Assembly (NCBI GenBank): GCA_032000125.1
Contig: DAMALH010000016.1
Coordinates: 2,580 to 66,579, forward strand
Length of the DNA stretch: 64,000 nucleotides
Source of the DNA: Buttiauxella sp.
GTDB taxonomy: Bacteria > Pseudomonadota > Gammaproteobacteria > Enterobacterales > Enterobacteriaceae
Reading direction: 5' to 3'
A model generated the notes under the pieces. The model was given only the letters and a program-made list of their open reading frames with translations. It had not been told where the DNA came from and did not search any database. The first letter of the stretch is position 1. Every line of letters starts with the position of its first letter. A program made the translations under genes and the position numbers. Below are positions 50,130-61,651 of this stretch, in pieces.

Positions 50130-51400
50130 AGGCTTCTGGCTCCTCGAAAAATATCTTTAACCAGGCGCGACCAGCCGGTACGTCGGGCGTGACGCCACAG
50201 CAGCGCCGCCAGGCGATGCGGCGTGTTACAGCCGACAGAATGAACCTCATGCTGGATTGCGGAAAGCAAATCGGGGTAAGCCTGGTAGAGCGCGGGCGTT
50301 TGCAGGAATTCGGGTATTTTCTGGTAGCGGGACATGATTGACCACAGCGAATTTATTTCAAGCTGCCGCCGGTAAACAGGCCCCAGGTCCGTGTCGTCGT
50401 TTTCCCGCAGCGCGGTAATTAACGTCCGGGCCGCTGCCTGCGCCGAAAGCGCGGCTAAATCCATACCGCGAATCGTAAAGCCGGTATTCACGCAAAAGCG
50501 GGCGCTGTCGCCCACCAGCAGATAGCCTTTTCCCGCAAGGCGTTCAGGCACGCCCTTTAGGCCGCATTCCGGAATCAAATGCGCGCCGTACTCCATGACT
50601 TCCGTCCCCCGTAGTAAAGGGCGTAGCGAAGGATGCCGTTTAAATTGTTCCAGCAGTTCAGGAAGCGGGACGGGAGCGCCGCGAAGCGAAGAAAGCGGGC
50701 AAACCAGGCCGAGGGAGAGCGTTTCGTTATTGGTATACAGAAAGCCACCGGCGGGCAGATCGGCGCAGATACCGCCGGTAAACAGCCAGGCTGCGCCTTC
50801 ATTACCTTCCAGCGCAAAGCGGTTTTCCAGCGTTTCTTTCGGGAGGGCAAGTATCTCTTTTACGCCCACCGCCACGCCGTTTTCCGACAGCTTTTTCACC
50901 AGCAGATGTTGTTCGGCCAGCAGCGTATTCGCCCCTTCGGCAATCACCACCGTTTTCGCAAACAGCGCTTCGCCCTCAACGATAACGCCGCGTACCGCGC
51001 CGTTTTCAATCTTAAAAGATTCAACCTGCACGCCAGTAAGACACTGCGCGCCAGCTTGTTCAGCCTGAGCGAACAGCCACGGATCGAGCCGCGCGCGCAA
51101 AACGCTCCAGCAGGCGGCGTCGGCATGGTGATAGTCAAGCGTAGAGGCTCCGCCGTTTGTCAGGGCGGAAAGTTTTTCGCGGGTGATCTTTCTCTCAAGC
51201 GGGGCCGAGCGGACAAAGTCGGGAAAGATGGCTTCAAAGGCATAGCTGTAAAGCCTGCCGCCGGACAGATTCTTTTCGCCGGGCCCGGCGGCTCGTTCGA
51301 GCAGCAAAACTTTTAGCCCGGCGCGAGCGCAAAGCGTGGCGCAGCAGGAACCTGCGACGCCTGCGCCTACGACAATAACATCGAAATCTGGAGTGGACAT
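50126..51400 (-). CDS. ygcN: FixC-like FAD-dependent oxidoreductase (ETF:quinone oxidoreductase type; YgcN-like)
   Basis: ORF track 50126..51409. I prefer the ATG at 51400 (MSTPDFDVIVVGAGVAGS..., dinucleotide-binding motif). Confidence 0.8.
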   Translation of the reverse strand: MSTPDFDVIVVGAGVAGSCCATLCARAGLKVLLLERAAGPGEKNLSGGRLYSYAFEAIFPDFVRSAPLERKITREKLSALTNGGASTLDYHHADAACWSVLRARLDPWLFAQAEQAGAQCLTGVQVESFKIENGAVRGVIVEGEALFAKTVVIAEGANTLLAEQHLLVKKLSENGVAVGVKEILALPKETLENRFALEGNEGAAWLFTGGICADLPAGGFLYTNNETLSLGLVCPLSSLRGAPVPLPELLEQFKRHPSLRPLLRGTEVMEYGAHLIPECGLKGVPERLAGKGYLLVGDSARFCVNTGFTIRGMDLAALSAQAAARTLITALRENDDTDLGPVYRRQLEINSLWSIMSRYQKIPEFLQTPALYQAYPDLLSAIQHEVHSVGCNTPHRLAALLWRHARRTGWSRLVKDIFRGARSL

Positions 51401-51513
51401 CCTGCGCACCTGTTTATTGCGACAGGGCAGAGTAGCAAAACGCCAGGAAGATTAGTTTGACGCGGGGCGCAGAGCATAAAGTCCGGAAAGCGGCTTGCGA
51501 ACTTCAGGAGCGA

Positions 51514-51873
51514 TTAGCCTTTATACACGCAGCCTGCGGTACAGGTTTCTTTAATCATTACCGCGCTAAGAAGCGGTACGAGCGGTTTCATCTCGTCCCA
51601 AATCCATTTTGCCAGCACTTCGCTGGTGGGGTTCTCAAGACCTGGAATATCATTCAGATAGTAATGATCCAGCCTGTCGTAAGTAGGTTTAAACGCGGCC
51701 TTCAGTTCGGAAAAATCCATAATCCAGCCCGTATACGGATCGACCTCGCCGGTAATTTCCAGGCGCACCATAAACGAGTGGCCGTGCAGGCGACCGCACT
51801 TATGGCCTTCCGGCACATGCGGCAGGCGGTGAGCGGCTTCGAAGGTAAAATCTTTAAACAGGGTGGTTGCCAT
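51514..51873 (-). CDS. queD: 6-carboxy-5,6,7,8-tetrahydropterin synthase QueD
   Basis: ORF track 51514..51951. I prefer the ATG at 51873 ([34 protein letters not shown]...), matching E. coli QueD. Confidence 0.95.
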   Translation of the reverse strand: MATTLFKDFTFEAAHRLPHVPEGHKCGRLHGHSFMVRLEITGEVDPYTGWIMDFSELKAAFKPTYDRLDHYYLNDIPGLENPTSEVLAKWIWDEMKPLVPLLSAVMIKETCTAGCVYKG

Positions 51874-52189
51874 TATTGCAGTCTCAGTAGGGCGAAAAAC
51901 CGCCGCATAGTACCGGAATCCATTATTTTGCGCATTAACTAAAGCTGTCATCCGGGCTTATTCGTCTTTCCTTGCCGCTTTCAGGAAATTAACCTCTTTT
52001 ATATCAATTAATTGCTTAACCTCTTTTGATGTTATGGGTTACCCGAAAAAACGGTTAGTCATTTTGGTTATTTGTTATTTCCATCCCTTCTTTAATTGTT
52101 ATTATCCGGCTGGTTAACCTTACCCTATGAATGCTTTTTACCGTTAAACGTTGAAAACGGTACCCTTTGCTACTGGAACCTAATCAAGC

Positions 52190-53995
52190 ATGACAACTCA
52201 GGCCCCACCGACCGCTTTGCTGCCGCTTACCCCGGAGCAACTGGCACGCCTCCAGGCGGCGACAACCGACTTCTCACAGACCCAACTGGCCTGGCTTTCC
52301 GGCTATTTCTGGGGAATGATTAATCAGCATCCGGGCGCGGCGGCTACAGCGCAGCCGCCTGCGGCTGAAGTGCCGGTTATCACCTTGATTTCCGCCTCCC
52401 AGACCGGCAATGCGCGTCGCGTTAGCGAGCAGTTACGTGACGATCTGCTGGCGGCCAAACTGAACGTTAATCTGGTCAACGCGGGCGACTATAAATTCAA
52501 ACAGATCGCTCAGGAAAAACTGCTGATTGTTGTCACCTCCACGCAGGGTGAAGGCGAGCCGCCAGAAGAGGCGGTGGCGCTGCATAAGTTCCTGTTCTCG
52601 AAAAAAGCGCCGAAGCTTACCGATACGGCGTTTGCCGTATTTAGCCTTGGCGACACGTCCTACGAATTTTTCTGCCAGTCCGGCAAAGATTTCGATTCTA
52701 AACTCGCGGAGTTGGGCGGCGTTCGCCTGCTGGATCGCGTAGATGCCGACGTGGAGTTCCAGCCCGCAGCGCAGCAGTGGCGCGGTGAAATCGTTGAGCT
52801 GCTGAAATCGCGCGTGCCGGCGGAAACGCCAGCCCAGGCCAGGATCACCGCAACCGGCGTGGTAAACGAAGTCTTCACCAGCCCGTACAGCAAAGAAGCG
52901 CCGCTGACGGCGACGCTTGCGGTTAATCAAAAAATCACCGGCCGCGATTCTGAAAAAGACGTGCGGCATGTCGAAATCGAGCTGGGGGATTCCGGCCTGC
53001 GTTACCAGCCGGGCGATGCGCTTGGCGTCTGGTATCAGAACGATCCTGCTCTGGTAAAAGAGCTGGTGGAACTGCTGTGGCTGAAGGGTGACGAAAGCGT
53101 GTCCGTTGAGGGCAAAACGCTGCCGCTGAGCGAAGCGCTGGAATGGCATTTCGAGCTGACGGTTAACACCAGCAATATCGTTGAAAAATATGCCCAGCTT
53201 ACCCGCAACGCGGCGCTGCTGGAGCTGGCTGGCGATAAAACCAAACTCCAGCACTTTGCCCAGAGCACGCCGATTGTCGATATGGTGCGTTATGCCCCGG
53301 CTGAACTGAGCGCGGAACAGCTCATTGAGCTGCTGCGTCCGCTTACGCCGCGCCTGTATTCCATCGCCTCTTCGCAGGCTGAAGCCGAAAGCGAAGTGCA
53401 TATTACCGTCGGCGTTGTGCGCTACGACATAGAAGGCCGCGCCCGCACCGGCGGCGCTTCCGGCTTCCTTGCCGACAGGCTTGTCGAGGATGGCGAAGTC
53501 CGCGTGTTCATCGAACACAACGATAACTTCCGCCTGCCGGCTAACCCGGAAACCCCGGTGATAATGATTGGTCCGGGCACGGGTATCGCCCCGTTCCGCG
53601 CCTTCATGCAGCAGCGTGAAAACGATGGCGCAACGGGTAAAAACTGGCTGTTCTTCGGCAACCCGCATTTTACTGAAGATTTCCTCTATCAGGTGGAATG
53701 GCAGCGCTACGTCAAAGAGGGCCTGCTGACGAATATCGATCTGGCCTGGTCCCGTGACCAGCAACATAAAATATACGTACAAGATAAGCTGCGCGAAAAA
53801 GGCGCGGAACTGTGGAACTGGATTAACGAAGGTGCCCACATTTACGTTTGCGGCGACGCCAATCGTATGGCGAAAGACGTTGAGCAGGCGTTACTGGAAG
53901 TGGTTGCCGAGTTCGGGGGTATGGACCTTGAGTCGGCAGATGAATTTTTAAGTGAGCTGCGCATTGAGCGCCGTTATCAGCGAGATGTCTACTAA
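52190..53995 (+). CDS. cysJ: Sulfite reductase [NADPH] flavoprotein alpha component CysJ
   Basis: ORF track, 601 aa, with flavodoxin-like and FNR-like domains ending ...ERRYQRDVY. Confidence 0.97.
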   Translation: MTTQAPPTALLPLTPEQLARLQAATTDFSQTQLAWLSGYFWGMINQHPGAAATAQPPAAEVPVITLISASQTGNARRVSEQLRDDLLAAKLNVNLVNAGDYKFKQIAQEKLLIVVTSTQGEGEPPEEAVALHKFLFSKKAPKLTDTAFAVFSLGDTSYEFFCQSGKDFDSKLAELGGVRLLDRVDADVEFQPAAQQWRGEIVELLKSRVPAETPAQARITATGVVNEVFTSPYSKEAPLTATLAVNQKITGRDSEKDVRHVEIELGDSGLRYQPGDALGVWYQNDPALVKELVELLWLKGDESVSVEGKTLPLSEALEWHFELTVNTSNIVEKYAQLTRNAALLELAGDKTKLQHFAQSTPIVDMVRYAPAELSAEQLIELLRPLTPRLYSIASSQAEAESEVHITVGVVRYDIEGRARTGGASGFLADRLVEDGEVRVFIEHNDNFRLPANPETPVIMIGPGTGIAPFRAFMQQRENDGATGKNWLFFGNPHFTEDFLYQVEWQRYVKEGLLTNIDLAWSRDQQHKIYVQDKLREKGAELWNWINEGAHIYVCGDANRMAKDVEQALLEVVAEFGGMDLESADEFLSELRIERRYQRDVY

Positions 53996-55707
53996 TGAGC
54001 GAAAAACACCCTGGACCTTTAGTGGTTGACGGAAAACTGACTGATGCCGAGCGCATGAAGCGTGAAAGTAACTTCCTGCGCGGCACCATTAAAGAAGATT
54101 TACAGGACGGGCTCACCGGTGGCTTTAAGGGCGACAACTTCCTGCTTATCCGCTTCCACGGCATGTATCAGCAGGATGACCGCGATATTCGCGCCGAGCG
54201 CGCCGCGCAGAAGCTGGAACCGCGTCACGCCATGATGCTGCGCTGCCGTTTGCCGGGCGGGATCGTCACCACGGAGCAGTGGCGCGCCATCGATAAATTC
54301 GCCGAAGACAAAACGATTTACGGCAGCATTCGTCTGACTAACCGCCAGACCTTCCAGTTTCACGGCATTCTGAAGAAGAACGTGAAGCCTGCCCATGAGA
54401 TGCTGCATGAGGTGGGCCTGGACGCGCTGGCGACCGCCAACGACATGAACCGTAACGTGCTGTGTACGTCAAACCCGATTGAGTCCAGTCTGCACCAGGA
54501 AGCGTACGAGTGGGCGAAAAAGCTCTCCGAGCATTTGCTGCCGCGCACTCGTGCCTACGCTGAGATCTGGTGGGATCAGGAGAAAGTCGCCACCACCGAC
54601 GAAGAGCCGATCCTGGGCGCGACCTATCTGCCGCGTAAATTTAAAACCACGGTTGTAGTGCCGCCGCAAAACGACGTCGATCTGCATGCCAACGACATGA
54701 ACTTCATCGCGATTGCCAAAGACGGCAAGCTGGTGGGCTTCAACCTGCTGGTAGGCGGTGGCCTGTCCATCGAGCACGGCAACAAGGCAACCTACGCCCG
54801 CACCGCAAGCGAATTTGGCTATATCCCGCTTGAGCACACGCTGGCCGTAGCGGAAGCGGTTGTGACGACGCAGCGCGACTGGGGCAACCGTACCGATCGT
54901 AAAAACGCCAAGACCAAATATACGCTTGAGCGCGTTGGCGTCGATGTGTTCAAGGCGGAGGTGGAGCGCCGCGCGGGGATTACCTTTGAGCCGATCCGTC
55001 CTTACGAATTCACCGGTCGCGGCGACCGTATTGGCTGGGTAAACGGCATTGACGATAAATGGCACCTGACGCTGTTTATCGAAAACGGCCGCATCCTGGA
55101 CTATCCGGGCCGTCCGTTGAAAACCGGGCTGATGGAAATCGCCAAGATCCACAAAGGCGATTTCCGCCTCACCGCTAACCAGAACCTGATCGTGGCGGGC
55201 GTGCCGGCAAGTGAAAAAGCGAAAATCGAGAAGATCGCCAAAGATCATGGGCTGATGCACGCGGCGAAACCCCAGCGTGAAAACTCCATGGCCTGCGTGT
55301 CATTCCCGACCTGTCCGCTGGCGATGGCCGAAGCGGAACGCTTCCTGCCGCAGTTTGTGACTAAAGTTGAAGACGTGATGGAAAAGCATCACGTGGGCGA
55401 TGAAAACATTGTTCTGCGCGTAACCGGCTGCCCGAACGGCTGTGGCCGCTCAATGCTGGCGGAAATTGGCCTGGTGGGCAAAGCGCCGGGGCGTTACAAC
55501 CTGCATATCGGCGGTAACCGCATCGGCACTCGCATTCCGCGCATGTACCGTGAAAATATTACCGAGCCAGAGATTCTGGCATCGATAGATGAACTGGTGG
55601 GCCGCTGGGCGAAAGAGCGTGAAGCTGACGAAGGCTTCGGTGATTTTACTGTCCGCGCCGGTATTATTCGTCCGGTGCTCGATCCGGCTCGTGATTTTTG
55701 GGAATAA
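53995..55707 (+). CDS. cysI: Sulfite reductase hemoprotein beta component CysI
   Basis: ORF track, 570 aa. It has the siroheme/4Fe-4S cysteine cluster (TGCPNGCGR) and a TAATG overlap with cysJ. Confidence 0.97.
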   Translation: MSEKHPGPLVVDGKLTDAERMKRESNFLRGTIKEDLQDGLTGGFKGDNFLLIRFHGMYQQDDRDIRAERAAQKLEPRHAMMLRCRLPGGIVTTEQWRAIDKFAEDKTIYGSIRLTNRQTFQFHGILKKNVKPAHEMLHEVGLDALATANDMNRNVLCTSNPIESSLHQEAYEWAKKLSEHLLPRTRAYAEIWWDQEKVATTDEEPILGATYLPRKFKTTVVVPPQNDVDLHANDMNFIAIAKDGKLVGFNLLVGGGLSIEHGNKATYARTASEFGYIPLEHTLAVAEAVVTTQRDWGNRTDRKNAKTKYTLERVGVDVFKAEVERRAGITFEPIRPYEFTGRGDRIGWVNGIDDKWHLTLFIENGRILDYPGRPLKTGLMEIAKIHKGDFRLTANQNLIVAGVPASEKAKIEKIAKDHGLMHAAKPQRENSMACVSFPTCPLAMAEAERFLPQFVTKVEDVMEKHHVGDENIVLRVTGCPNGCGRSMLAEIGLVGKAPGRYNLHIGGNRIGTRIPRMYRENITEPEILASIDELVGRWAKEREADEGFGDFTVRAGIIRPVLDPARDFWE

Positions 55708-55723
55708 CCTAAGCGAGGAACGT

Positions 55724-56455
55724 ATGTCCGTACTCGATCTACAAGCGCTGAACGAATTACCGAAAGTCGAGCGCGTGCTGGCGCTGGCCGAGGTAAATGC
55801 TCAGCTCGAAAAGCTCAGCGCGCAGGAGCGCGTAGGCTGGGCGCTGGAAAACCTGCCCGGCGAGTTTGTGCTGTCCTCGAGTTTTGGCATCCAGGCGGCG
55901 GTGAGTCTGCATCTGGTTTCTCAGCAGCGCCCGGATATTCCGGTGATCCTTACCGATACCGGTTATCTGTTTCCGGAAACCTATCAGTTTATTGATGAGC
56001 TGACGGACAAGCTGAAGCTCAATCTGAAAGTGTTCAGCGCGAAGGAAAGCGCGGCCTGGCAGGAAGCGCGCTACGGCAAGCTGTGGGAGCAGGGCGTCGA
56101 AGGCATTGAGAAATACAATGCAATCAATAAAGTTGAGCCGATGAACCGCGCGTTGCAGGAGCTGGGCGGGCAAACCTGGTTTGCCGGACTCAGGCGCGAA
56201 CAATCCGGCAGCCGGGCGAATTTGCCCGTGCTGGCGATTCAGCGCGGCGTGTTTAAGGTCCTGCCGATCATCGACTGGGACAACCGCACGGTTTACCAGT
56301 ATCTCACCGAGCATGGCCTGAAATACCATCCGCTGTGGGATCAGGGTTATCTGTCGGTCGGCGATACCCACACCACGAGGAAGTGGGAGCCGGGTATGGC
56401 GGAAGAAGAGACGCGCTTCTTTGGCCTCAAGCGCGAGTGCGGCCTGCACGAGTAA
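55724..56455 (+). CDS. cysH: Phosphoadenosine phosphosulfate reductase CysH
   Basis: ORF track 55589..56455. The true start is the ATG at 55724 ([23 protein letters not shown]...). It has the C-terminal ECGLHE motif. Confidence 0.95.
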   Translation: MSVLDLQALNELPKVERVLALAEVNAQLEKLSAQERVGWALENLPGEFVLSSSFGIQAAVSLHLVSQQRPDIPVILTDTGYLFPETYQFIDELTDKLKLNLKVFSAKESAAWQEARYGKLWEQGVEGIEKYNAINKVEPMNRALQELGGQTWFAGLRREQSGSRANLPVLAIQRGVFKVLPIIDWDNRTVYQYLTEHGLKYHPLWDQGYLSVGDTHTTRKWEPGMAEEETRFFGLKRECGLHE

Positions 56456-56461
56456 AGTAAA

Positions 56462-56490
56462 GCTTGCTCCCCGTTACGGCGGGGAGCAGC
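56462..56490. terminator. GC hairpin between convergent cysH and iap (probable bidirectional terminator)
   Basis: TGCTCCCC-GTTACGGC-GGGGAGCA has T-rich flanks on both strands. Confidence 0.5.
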
Positions 56491-57531
56491 TTATTTCCCC
56501 GCTTTAGCCAGCTCTTTCACCAAAGGCAACATCACGCGCACCACATCGTGGCTGCGTTTCTCAATGCGTCCCGGTAGCCATTTATCCAGATACGCCTGAT
56601 TGTCGAGCGTTGCCTGATGCCAGCTTTTCCCCTTCGGGAACGCTTTATTTTTGGCACGCTGCTGAAAACCGTCTTTATCCCCAAGCGACCAGTTGGTTGC
56701 CTCTACAGACAGCACCGGAATGCCCGCTTTATCAAAAGGCACCGCATCGTTGCAGCAGGCTGTGCCTTTCGGATAGTTAACGTTTAGCCCCGGATTTATC
56801 GCGGCCTGAATGCCCAACTGATGCGCAATGCTCAGCGCCCGGTCGCGGGTGAGCTTGCGCACCGCTGCTGGCGTGGATTTTCCGCTGTTAAAATAGAGCT
56901 TATCGCCCGTAATCAGGCTATCGAGGTTAATCACCAGCAGGGTGTTTTTCTTTTCGCGCTCGCTCATGCGGCTGATAATATTTTCCGCGCCGAGCGAGCC
57001 AATCTCCTCGCCGCTGGTGGCGATAAAACGGATGCCGTAGCGTGTCGGCACCGTTTTCAGACGCTGCGCCAGCTCCAGCATTACGCCAAGACCGGATGCG
57101 TTGTCGTCCACGCCTTGCAGCGTCAGACCGCCAAGGTTGTCGTTCACGTCGTTGTCGGTTAACGGCGTGTAGGTATCCAGATGCGCCATGATAATAATCT
57201 GCTGCGGCACTTTACCCTCGCGCGCGGCAATGACCTGGCTTGCGCTGACGTTATGCCAGTTCTGGTGACCGTCTTTGGTGGTGTAAAGATAGCGGGTATT
57301 AAAGCGGCGAATATCGCTCTGGTAGCCGTAAAGCGCGAACTGCTGTTGAAGGTAATCCGCGGCTAGCATTTCGGCCGGGCTGCCGGTCATTCGTCCTGGA
57401 AAAACGGTGGCGATGTGGCGAGTCTGCAAATTAGCGGTTTCACCTGGATGCACGGAAGCGGCCCCTGCGGAAAACGTGAAACCCACGCCAAATGCCAGGC
57501 AAATAGCCCAGCGGCGCAATGCGGGAAACAT
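56491..57531 (-). CDS. iap: Alkaline phosphatase isozyme conversion aminopeptidase Iap
   Basis: ORF track, 346 aa. ARHIATVFPGRMTGSPAEMLAADY...GIRFIATSGEE...LPLVKELAKA matches E. coli Iap. Confidence 0.85.
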   Translation of the reverse strand: MFPALRRWAICLAFGVGFTFSAGAASVHPGETANLQTRHIATVFPGRMTGSPAEMLAADYLQQQFALYGYQSDIRRFNTRYLYTTKDGHQNWHNVSASQVIAAREGKVPQQIIIMAHLDTYTPLTDNDVNDNLGGLTLQGVDDNASGLGVMLELAQRLKTVPTRYGIRFIATSGEEIGSLGAENIISRMSEREKKNTLLVINLDSLITGDKLYFNSGKSTPAAVRKLTRDRALSIAHQLGIQAAINPGLNVNYPKGTACCNDAVPFDKAGIPVLSVEATNWSLGDKDGFQQRAKNKAFPKGKSWHQATLDNQAYLDKWLPGRIEKRSHDVVRVMLPLVKELAKAGK

Positions 57532-57804
57532 AACTGGTCCTTTTTATTTTCAGTAATTTTTTTTGCCTGCGTAGTATGAAACTGTGACGGGGGTTACACA
57601 ATTCCAAATCCTCCTAAAGTCCCGCTAAACAGTCCCTTCAGCACATTTTGTGATTTGCAAAACCACGGCGTTATTCCTTTACGGAACTAGTCATTCCAAT
57701 TCGTAATTTCATAAGAAATATACCCGCGACTTATAGTCCCTTTTAATTTCATTTAAACGGCCGGATCAGATCCGCCGTGATACTCGCAGCTTTAAGGGAA
57801 GGTT

Positions 57805-58713
57805 ATGGACCAAAAACGACTCACTCACCTGCGGCAACTGGAGGCTGAAAGCATCCATATTATCCGCGAGGTTGCAGCCGAATTTTCCAATCCGGTGATG
57901 ATGTACTCGATCGGCAAAGATTCCTCGGTGATGTTGCATTTGGCTCGTAAGGCCTTCTATCCGGGCACGCTGCCGTTCCCGCTGCTGCATGTGGATACCG
58001 GCTGGAAATTCCGTGAAATGTACGAATTCCGCGACCGCACCGCAAAAAACTACGGTTTCGAACTGCTGGTGCATAAAAACCCGGAAGGCGTGGCGATGGG
58101 CATTAACCCGTTTGTCCACGGCAGCGCTAAACACACGGACATCATGAAAACCGAAGGGCTGAAACAGGCGCTCAGCAAATACGGTTTTGATGCGGCTTTC
58201 GGCGGCGCGCGCCGTGATGAAGAGAAATCTCGCGCCAAGGAGCGAATTTATTCGTTCCGCGACCGCTTCCACCGCTGGGACCCGAAAAACCAGCGTCCTG
58301 AGCTGTGGCACAACTATAACGGCCAGATTAACAAAGGCGAAAGCATTCGCGTGTTCCCGCTCTCCAACTGGACCGAGCTGGATATCTGGCAGTACATCTA
58401 CCTGGAAAACATCGAGATTGTTCCTCTGTACCTTGCAGCACCGCGCCCGGTGCTGGAGCGCGACGGCATGCTGCTGATGGTGGATGACGACCGCATTGAC
58501 GTGCAGCCGGGCGAAGTTATCGCCCAGAAAATGGTACGTTTCCGCACGCTGGGCTGCTGGCCGTTGACCGGCGCCGTTGAATCCCAGGCGCAAACGCTGC
58601 CGGAAATCATCGAAGAGATGCTGATTTCCACCACCAGCGAGCGTCAGGGACGAGCAATCGACCGCGATCAGGCCGGGTCGATGGAACTGAAAAAGCGTCA
58701 AGGGTACTTCTGA
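57805..58713 (+). CDS. cysD: Sulfate adenylyltransferase subunit 2 CysD
   Basis: ORF track, 302 aa: [23 protein letters not shown]... Confidence 0.97.
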   Translation: MDQKRLTHLRQLEAESIHIIREVAAEFSNPVMMYSIGKDSSVMLHLARKAFYPGTLPFPLLHVDTGWKFREMYEFRDRTAKNYGFELLVHKNPEGVAMGINPFVHGSAKHTDIMKTEGLKQALSKYGFDAAFGGARRDEEKSRAKERIYSFRDRFHRWDPKNQRPELWHNYNGQINKGESIRVFPLSNWTELDIWQYIYLENIEIVPLYLAAPRPVLERDGMLLMVDDDRIDVQPGEVIAQKMVRFRTLGCWPLTGAVESQAQTLPEIIEEMLISTTSERQGRAIDRDQAGSMELKKRQGYF

Positions 58714-58723
58714 GGACCGCATA

Positions 58724-60151
58724 ATGAATAACGCAATTGCACAACAAATCGCGGAGCAGGGCGGCGTCGAAGCTTATCTGCACGCTCAGCAACATAAAAG
58801 CCTGCTGCGCTTTCTGACCTGCGGCAGCGTCGATGACGGGAAAAGTACGCTCATTGGCCGCCTGCTTCACGACACGCGCCAGATTTATGAAGATCAGCTT
58901 TCTTCCCTGCATACCGACAGCAAGCGTCACGGCACCCAGGGCGAAAAGCTCGATTTGGCTTTGCTGGTGGACGGCCTGCAGGCCGAGCGCGAGCAGGGCA
59001 TTACCATCGACGTGGCGTACCGTTATTTCTCCACCGAGAAGCGTAAATTTATTATTGCCGACACGCCGGGGCACGAGCAGTACACCCGCAATATGGCGAC
59101 GGGCGCTTCAACCTGCGAACTGGCGATCCTGCTGATCGATGCGCGCAAGAGCGTGCTGGATCAGACTCGCCGTCACAGCTTTATTTCCACGCTGCTTGGC
59201 ATCAAGCATCTGGTTGTGGCCGTTAACAAAATGGATCTCGTCGGCTTTGATGAAGAGCGGTTCGAGCAGATCAAACAGGACTATCTGACGTTTGCCGAGC
59301 AGCTGCCGTCGGATCTGGATATTCGCTTTGTGCCGTTGTCCGCGCTTGAGGGCGATAACGTCGCGACGCAAAGCGCCAATATGGCCTGGTACACGGGGCC
59401 GACGCTGCTTGAGCTTCTGGAAACGGTGGAGGTGAAACGTCTGGTTGAACAGCAGCCGATGCGTTTCCCCGTGCAGTATGTTAACCGTCCAAATCTGGAT
59501 TTCCGCGGTTACGCAGGCACGCTTGCCTCGGGGTCGATAAAAGTCGGACAGCGCATCAAAGTGTTACCGTCCGGCGTTGAATCCACCGTGGCGAGAATCG
59601 TAACCTTTGATGGTGATTTGCAACAAGCTGCTGCGGGAGAGGCGATCTCTTTAGTGCTGAAAGATGAAATCGACATCAGCCGCGGTGATTTACTGGTGGA
59701 CGCAGGCGACGCGCACCCGGTGGTGCAGTCCGCGAAAGTTGACGTGGTGTGGATGGCAGAACAGCCGCTGGTACCGGGCCAAAGCTATGACATCAAAGTG
59801 GCCGGTAAGAAAACCCGCGCGCGCGTTGATAACATTCATCATCAGGTGGAGATTAACACCCTGACGCAGCGCGTAGTGGAAAGCCTGCCGCTAAACGGTA
59901 TCGGCCTGGTTGATTTAACTTTCGATGAGCCACTGGTGCTGGATAAATACCAGCACAACCCGGTTACCGGCGGGCTGATTTTCATCGACCGCCTGACCAA
60001 CGTCACCGTTGGCGCCGGCATGGTGCGCGAACCGCAGGAGCAGGTTTATCAGGAGCCTTCGGCCTGGAGCGCCTTTGAACTGGAACTGAACGCGCTGGTG
60101 CGTCGCCACTTCCCGCACTGGGGCGCCCGTGATTTGCTGGGAGGCAAATAA
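58724..60151 (+). CDS. cysN: Sulfate adenylyltransferase subunit 1 CysN (GTPase)
   Basis: ORF track, 475 aa, with GTP-binding motifs [14 protein letters not shown] and NKMD. Confidence 0.97.
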   Translation: MNNAIAQQIAEQGGVEAYLHAQQHKSLLRFLTCGSVDDGKSTLIGRLLHDTRQIYEDQLSSLHTDSKRHGTQGEKLDLALLVDGLQAEREQGITIDVAYRYFSTEKRKFIIADTPGHEQYTRNMATGASTCELAILLIDARKSVLDQTRRHSFISTLLGIKHLVVAVNKMDLVGFDEERFEQIKQDYLTFAEQLPSDLDIRFVPLSALEGDNVATQSANMAWYTGPTLLELLETVEVKRLVEQQPMRFPVQYVNRPNLDFRGYAGTLASGSIKVGQRIKVLPSGVESTVARIVTFDGDLQQAAAGEAISLVLKDEIDISRGDLLVDAGDAHPVVQSAKVDVVWMAEQPLVPGQSYDIKVAGKKTRARVDNIHHQVEINTLTQRVVESLPLNGIGLVDLTFDEPLVLDKYQHNPVTGGLIFIDRLTNVTVGAGMVREPQEQVYQEPSAWSAFELELNALVRRHFPHWGARDLLGGK

Positions 60152-60756
60152 TGGCTGAGCACGACGAAAACGTCGTCTGGCATCCTCATCCCGTCACAAA
60201 ACAGCAGCGTGAGCAGCTCCATCAGCACCGCGGCGCGGTGCTGTGGTTCACCGGCCTGTCCGGCTCCGGTAAATCGACCGTCGCCGGCGCGCTTGAGGAA
60301 GCGCTACATAAGCTTGGTGTCAGCACCTATTTGCTCGATGGCGACAACGTGCGCCACGGGCTGTGCAGCGATTTGGGCTTTAGCGATGAAGATCGGAAAG
60401 AGAACATCCGTCGCGTGGGAGAAGTCGCCAGTCTGATGGTGGATGCAGGGCTGGTCGTGCTGACAGCTTTTATCTCCCCGCATCGTGCAGAGCGACAAAT
60501 GGTACGCGAGCGAATCGGCGAGGGGCGCTTTATCGAAGTCTTCGTGGACACGCCCCTTGAGATTTGCGAAGCGCGCGATCCCAAAGGATTATACAAAAAA
60601 GCCCGCGCCGGCGAGTTGCGTAATTTTACCGGTATCGATTCGGTATATGAGTCGCCGCGCGAGCCAGAAATACACTTAGACGGCGAACAATTGGTAACAA
60701 ATTTGATTGCGCAATTATTAGACCTGCTGCGCCGTGACGATATTATCAAATCCTAA
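60151..60756 (+). CDS. cysC: Adenylyl-sulfate kinase CysC
   Basis: ORF track, 201 aa, with P-loop GLSGSGKST and a TAATG overlap with cysN. Confidence 0.97.
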   Translation: MAEHDENVVWHPHPVTKQQREQLHQHRGAVLWFTGLSGSGKSTVAGALEEALHKLGVSTYLLDGDNVRHGLCSDLGFSDEDRKENIRRVGEVASLMVDAGLVVLTAFISPHRAERQMVRERIGEGRFIEVFVDTPLEICEARDPKGLYKKARAGELRNFTGIDSVYESPREPEIHLDGEQLVTNLIAQLLDLLRRDDIIKS

Positions 60757-60809
60757 AGACAGTACCGGGCGCATAACCGCGCCTGGTCACTCAGGTCAAC
60801 GGATTCGTT

Positions 60810-61133
60810 ATGCGCAACAGCTCGAACATAGTTATCACACAGGCTGAAACCAGCCCGTCAGTCGAAGATAGCGCCTGGTCTTTGCCGGGAGCGTTCATTG
60901 GCTTCTTGTCGTGGCTGCTGGCGCTGGGTATTCCTTTCCTGATGTACGGCCCTAATACGCTATTCTTCTTCCTTTATACTTGGCCATTCTTCCTTGCGCT
61001 GATGCCCGTTGCCGTGGTGGTGGGTATTGCGCTGCACTCGCTGGCGCGTGGGCGGCTGCATTATAGCTGTGTGGCAACCTTGCTGACCGTGGCGCTGATG
61101 TTCGGTGCTTTGTTTATGTGGCTTATGGGTTAA
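60810..61133 (+). CDS. ygbE: Inner-membrane protein YgbE (DUF3561)
   Basis: ORF track, 107 aa, three hydrophobic segments. Position between cysC and ftsB matches E. coli. Confidence 0.8.
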   Translation: MRNSSNIVITQAETSPSVEDSAWSLPGAFIGFLSWLLALGIPFLMYGPNTLFFFLYTWPFFLALMPVAVVVGIALHSLARGRLHYSCVATLLTVALMFGALFMWLMG

Positions 61134-61313
61134 CCGGCCACCGCATGAAACCGGGTATATTTCTCGCTTCCGATTGAAGCTAAACCTCCCGCAGGCGCGC
61201 ATATTGGCGCAATTTGTGATAAATTCTGCCGCAAATTCGACGACTCGCCAGGGCAGACGAGTGGAGTCCGACATAAAGTTGTGGGATGATTGTGCCGTTT
61301 TTCAGGGGGCTGG

Positions 61314-61631
61314 ATGGGTAAACTAACGCTGCTATTGCTGGCCTTGTTGGTCTGGCTGCAGTATTCGCTGTGGTTTGGAAAAAACGGCGTGCATGATTAC
61401 GCGCGTGTCAATGAAGACGTGGCTGCGCAGCAGGTGACCAACGCTAAGCTCAAGGCGCGCAACGATCAGCTTTTTGCGGAAATTGACGATCTTAACGGCG
61501 GCCAGGAGGCCATCGAAGAGCGCGCACGCAACGAGTTGAGCATGACCAAACCCGGTGAAACCTTCTACCGTCTGGTGCCTGACACCTCTAAGCGCGCAGG
61601 CAATAATAATGCCGCGCAGAACAATAGATAA
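61314..61631 (+). CDS. ftsB: Cell division protein FtsB
   Basis: ORF track 61290..61631. I prefer the ATG at 61314 ([25 protein letters not shown]...), matching E. coli FtsB. Confidence 0.95.
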   Translation: MGKLTLLLLALLVWLQYSLWFGKNGVHDYARVNEDVAAQQVTNAKLKARNDQLFAEIDDLNGGQEAIEERARNELSMTKPGETFYRLVPDTSKRAGNNNAAQNNR

Positions 61632-61651
61632 ATCAGCATAAGTGATAACAC

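Noticed and set aside
52433-53839. A 468-aa ORF antisense to cysJ
   Set aside because: It lies entirely inside, and antisense to, a full-length, well-conserved cysJ. The translation is low-complexity and rich in R, A and Q, as expected for the reverse frame of a GC-rich gene. No start context or Shine-Dalgarno was noted.
57766-58722. A 318-aa ORF antisense to cysD
   Set aside because: It is the reverse frame of a conserved gene and there is no supporting evidence.
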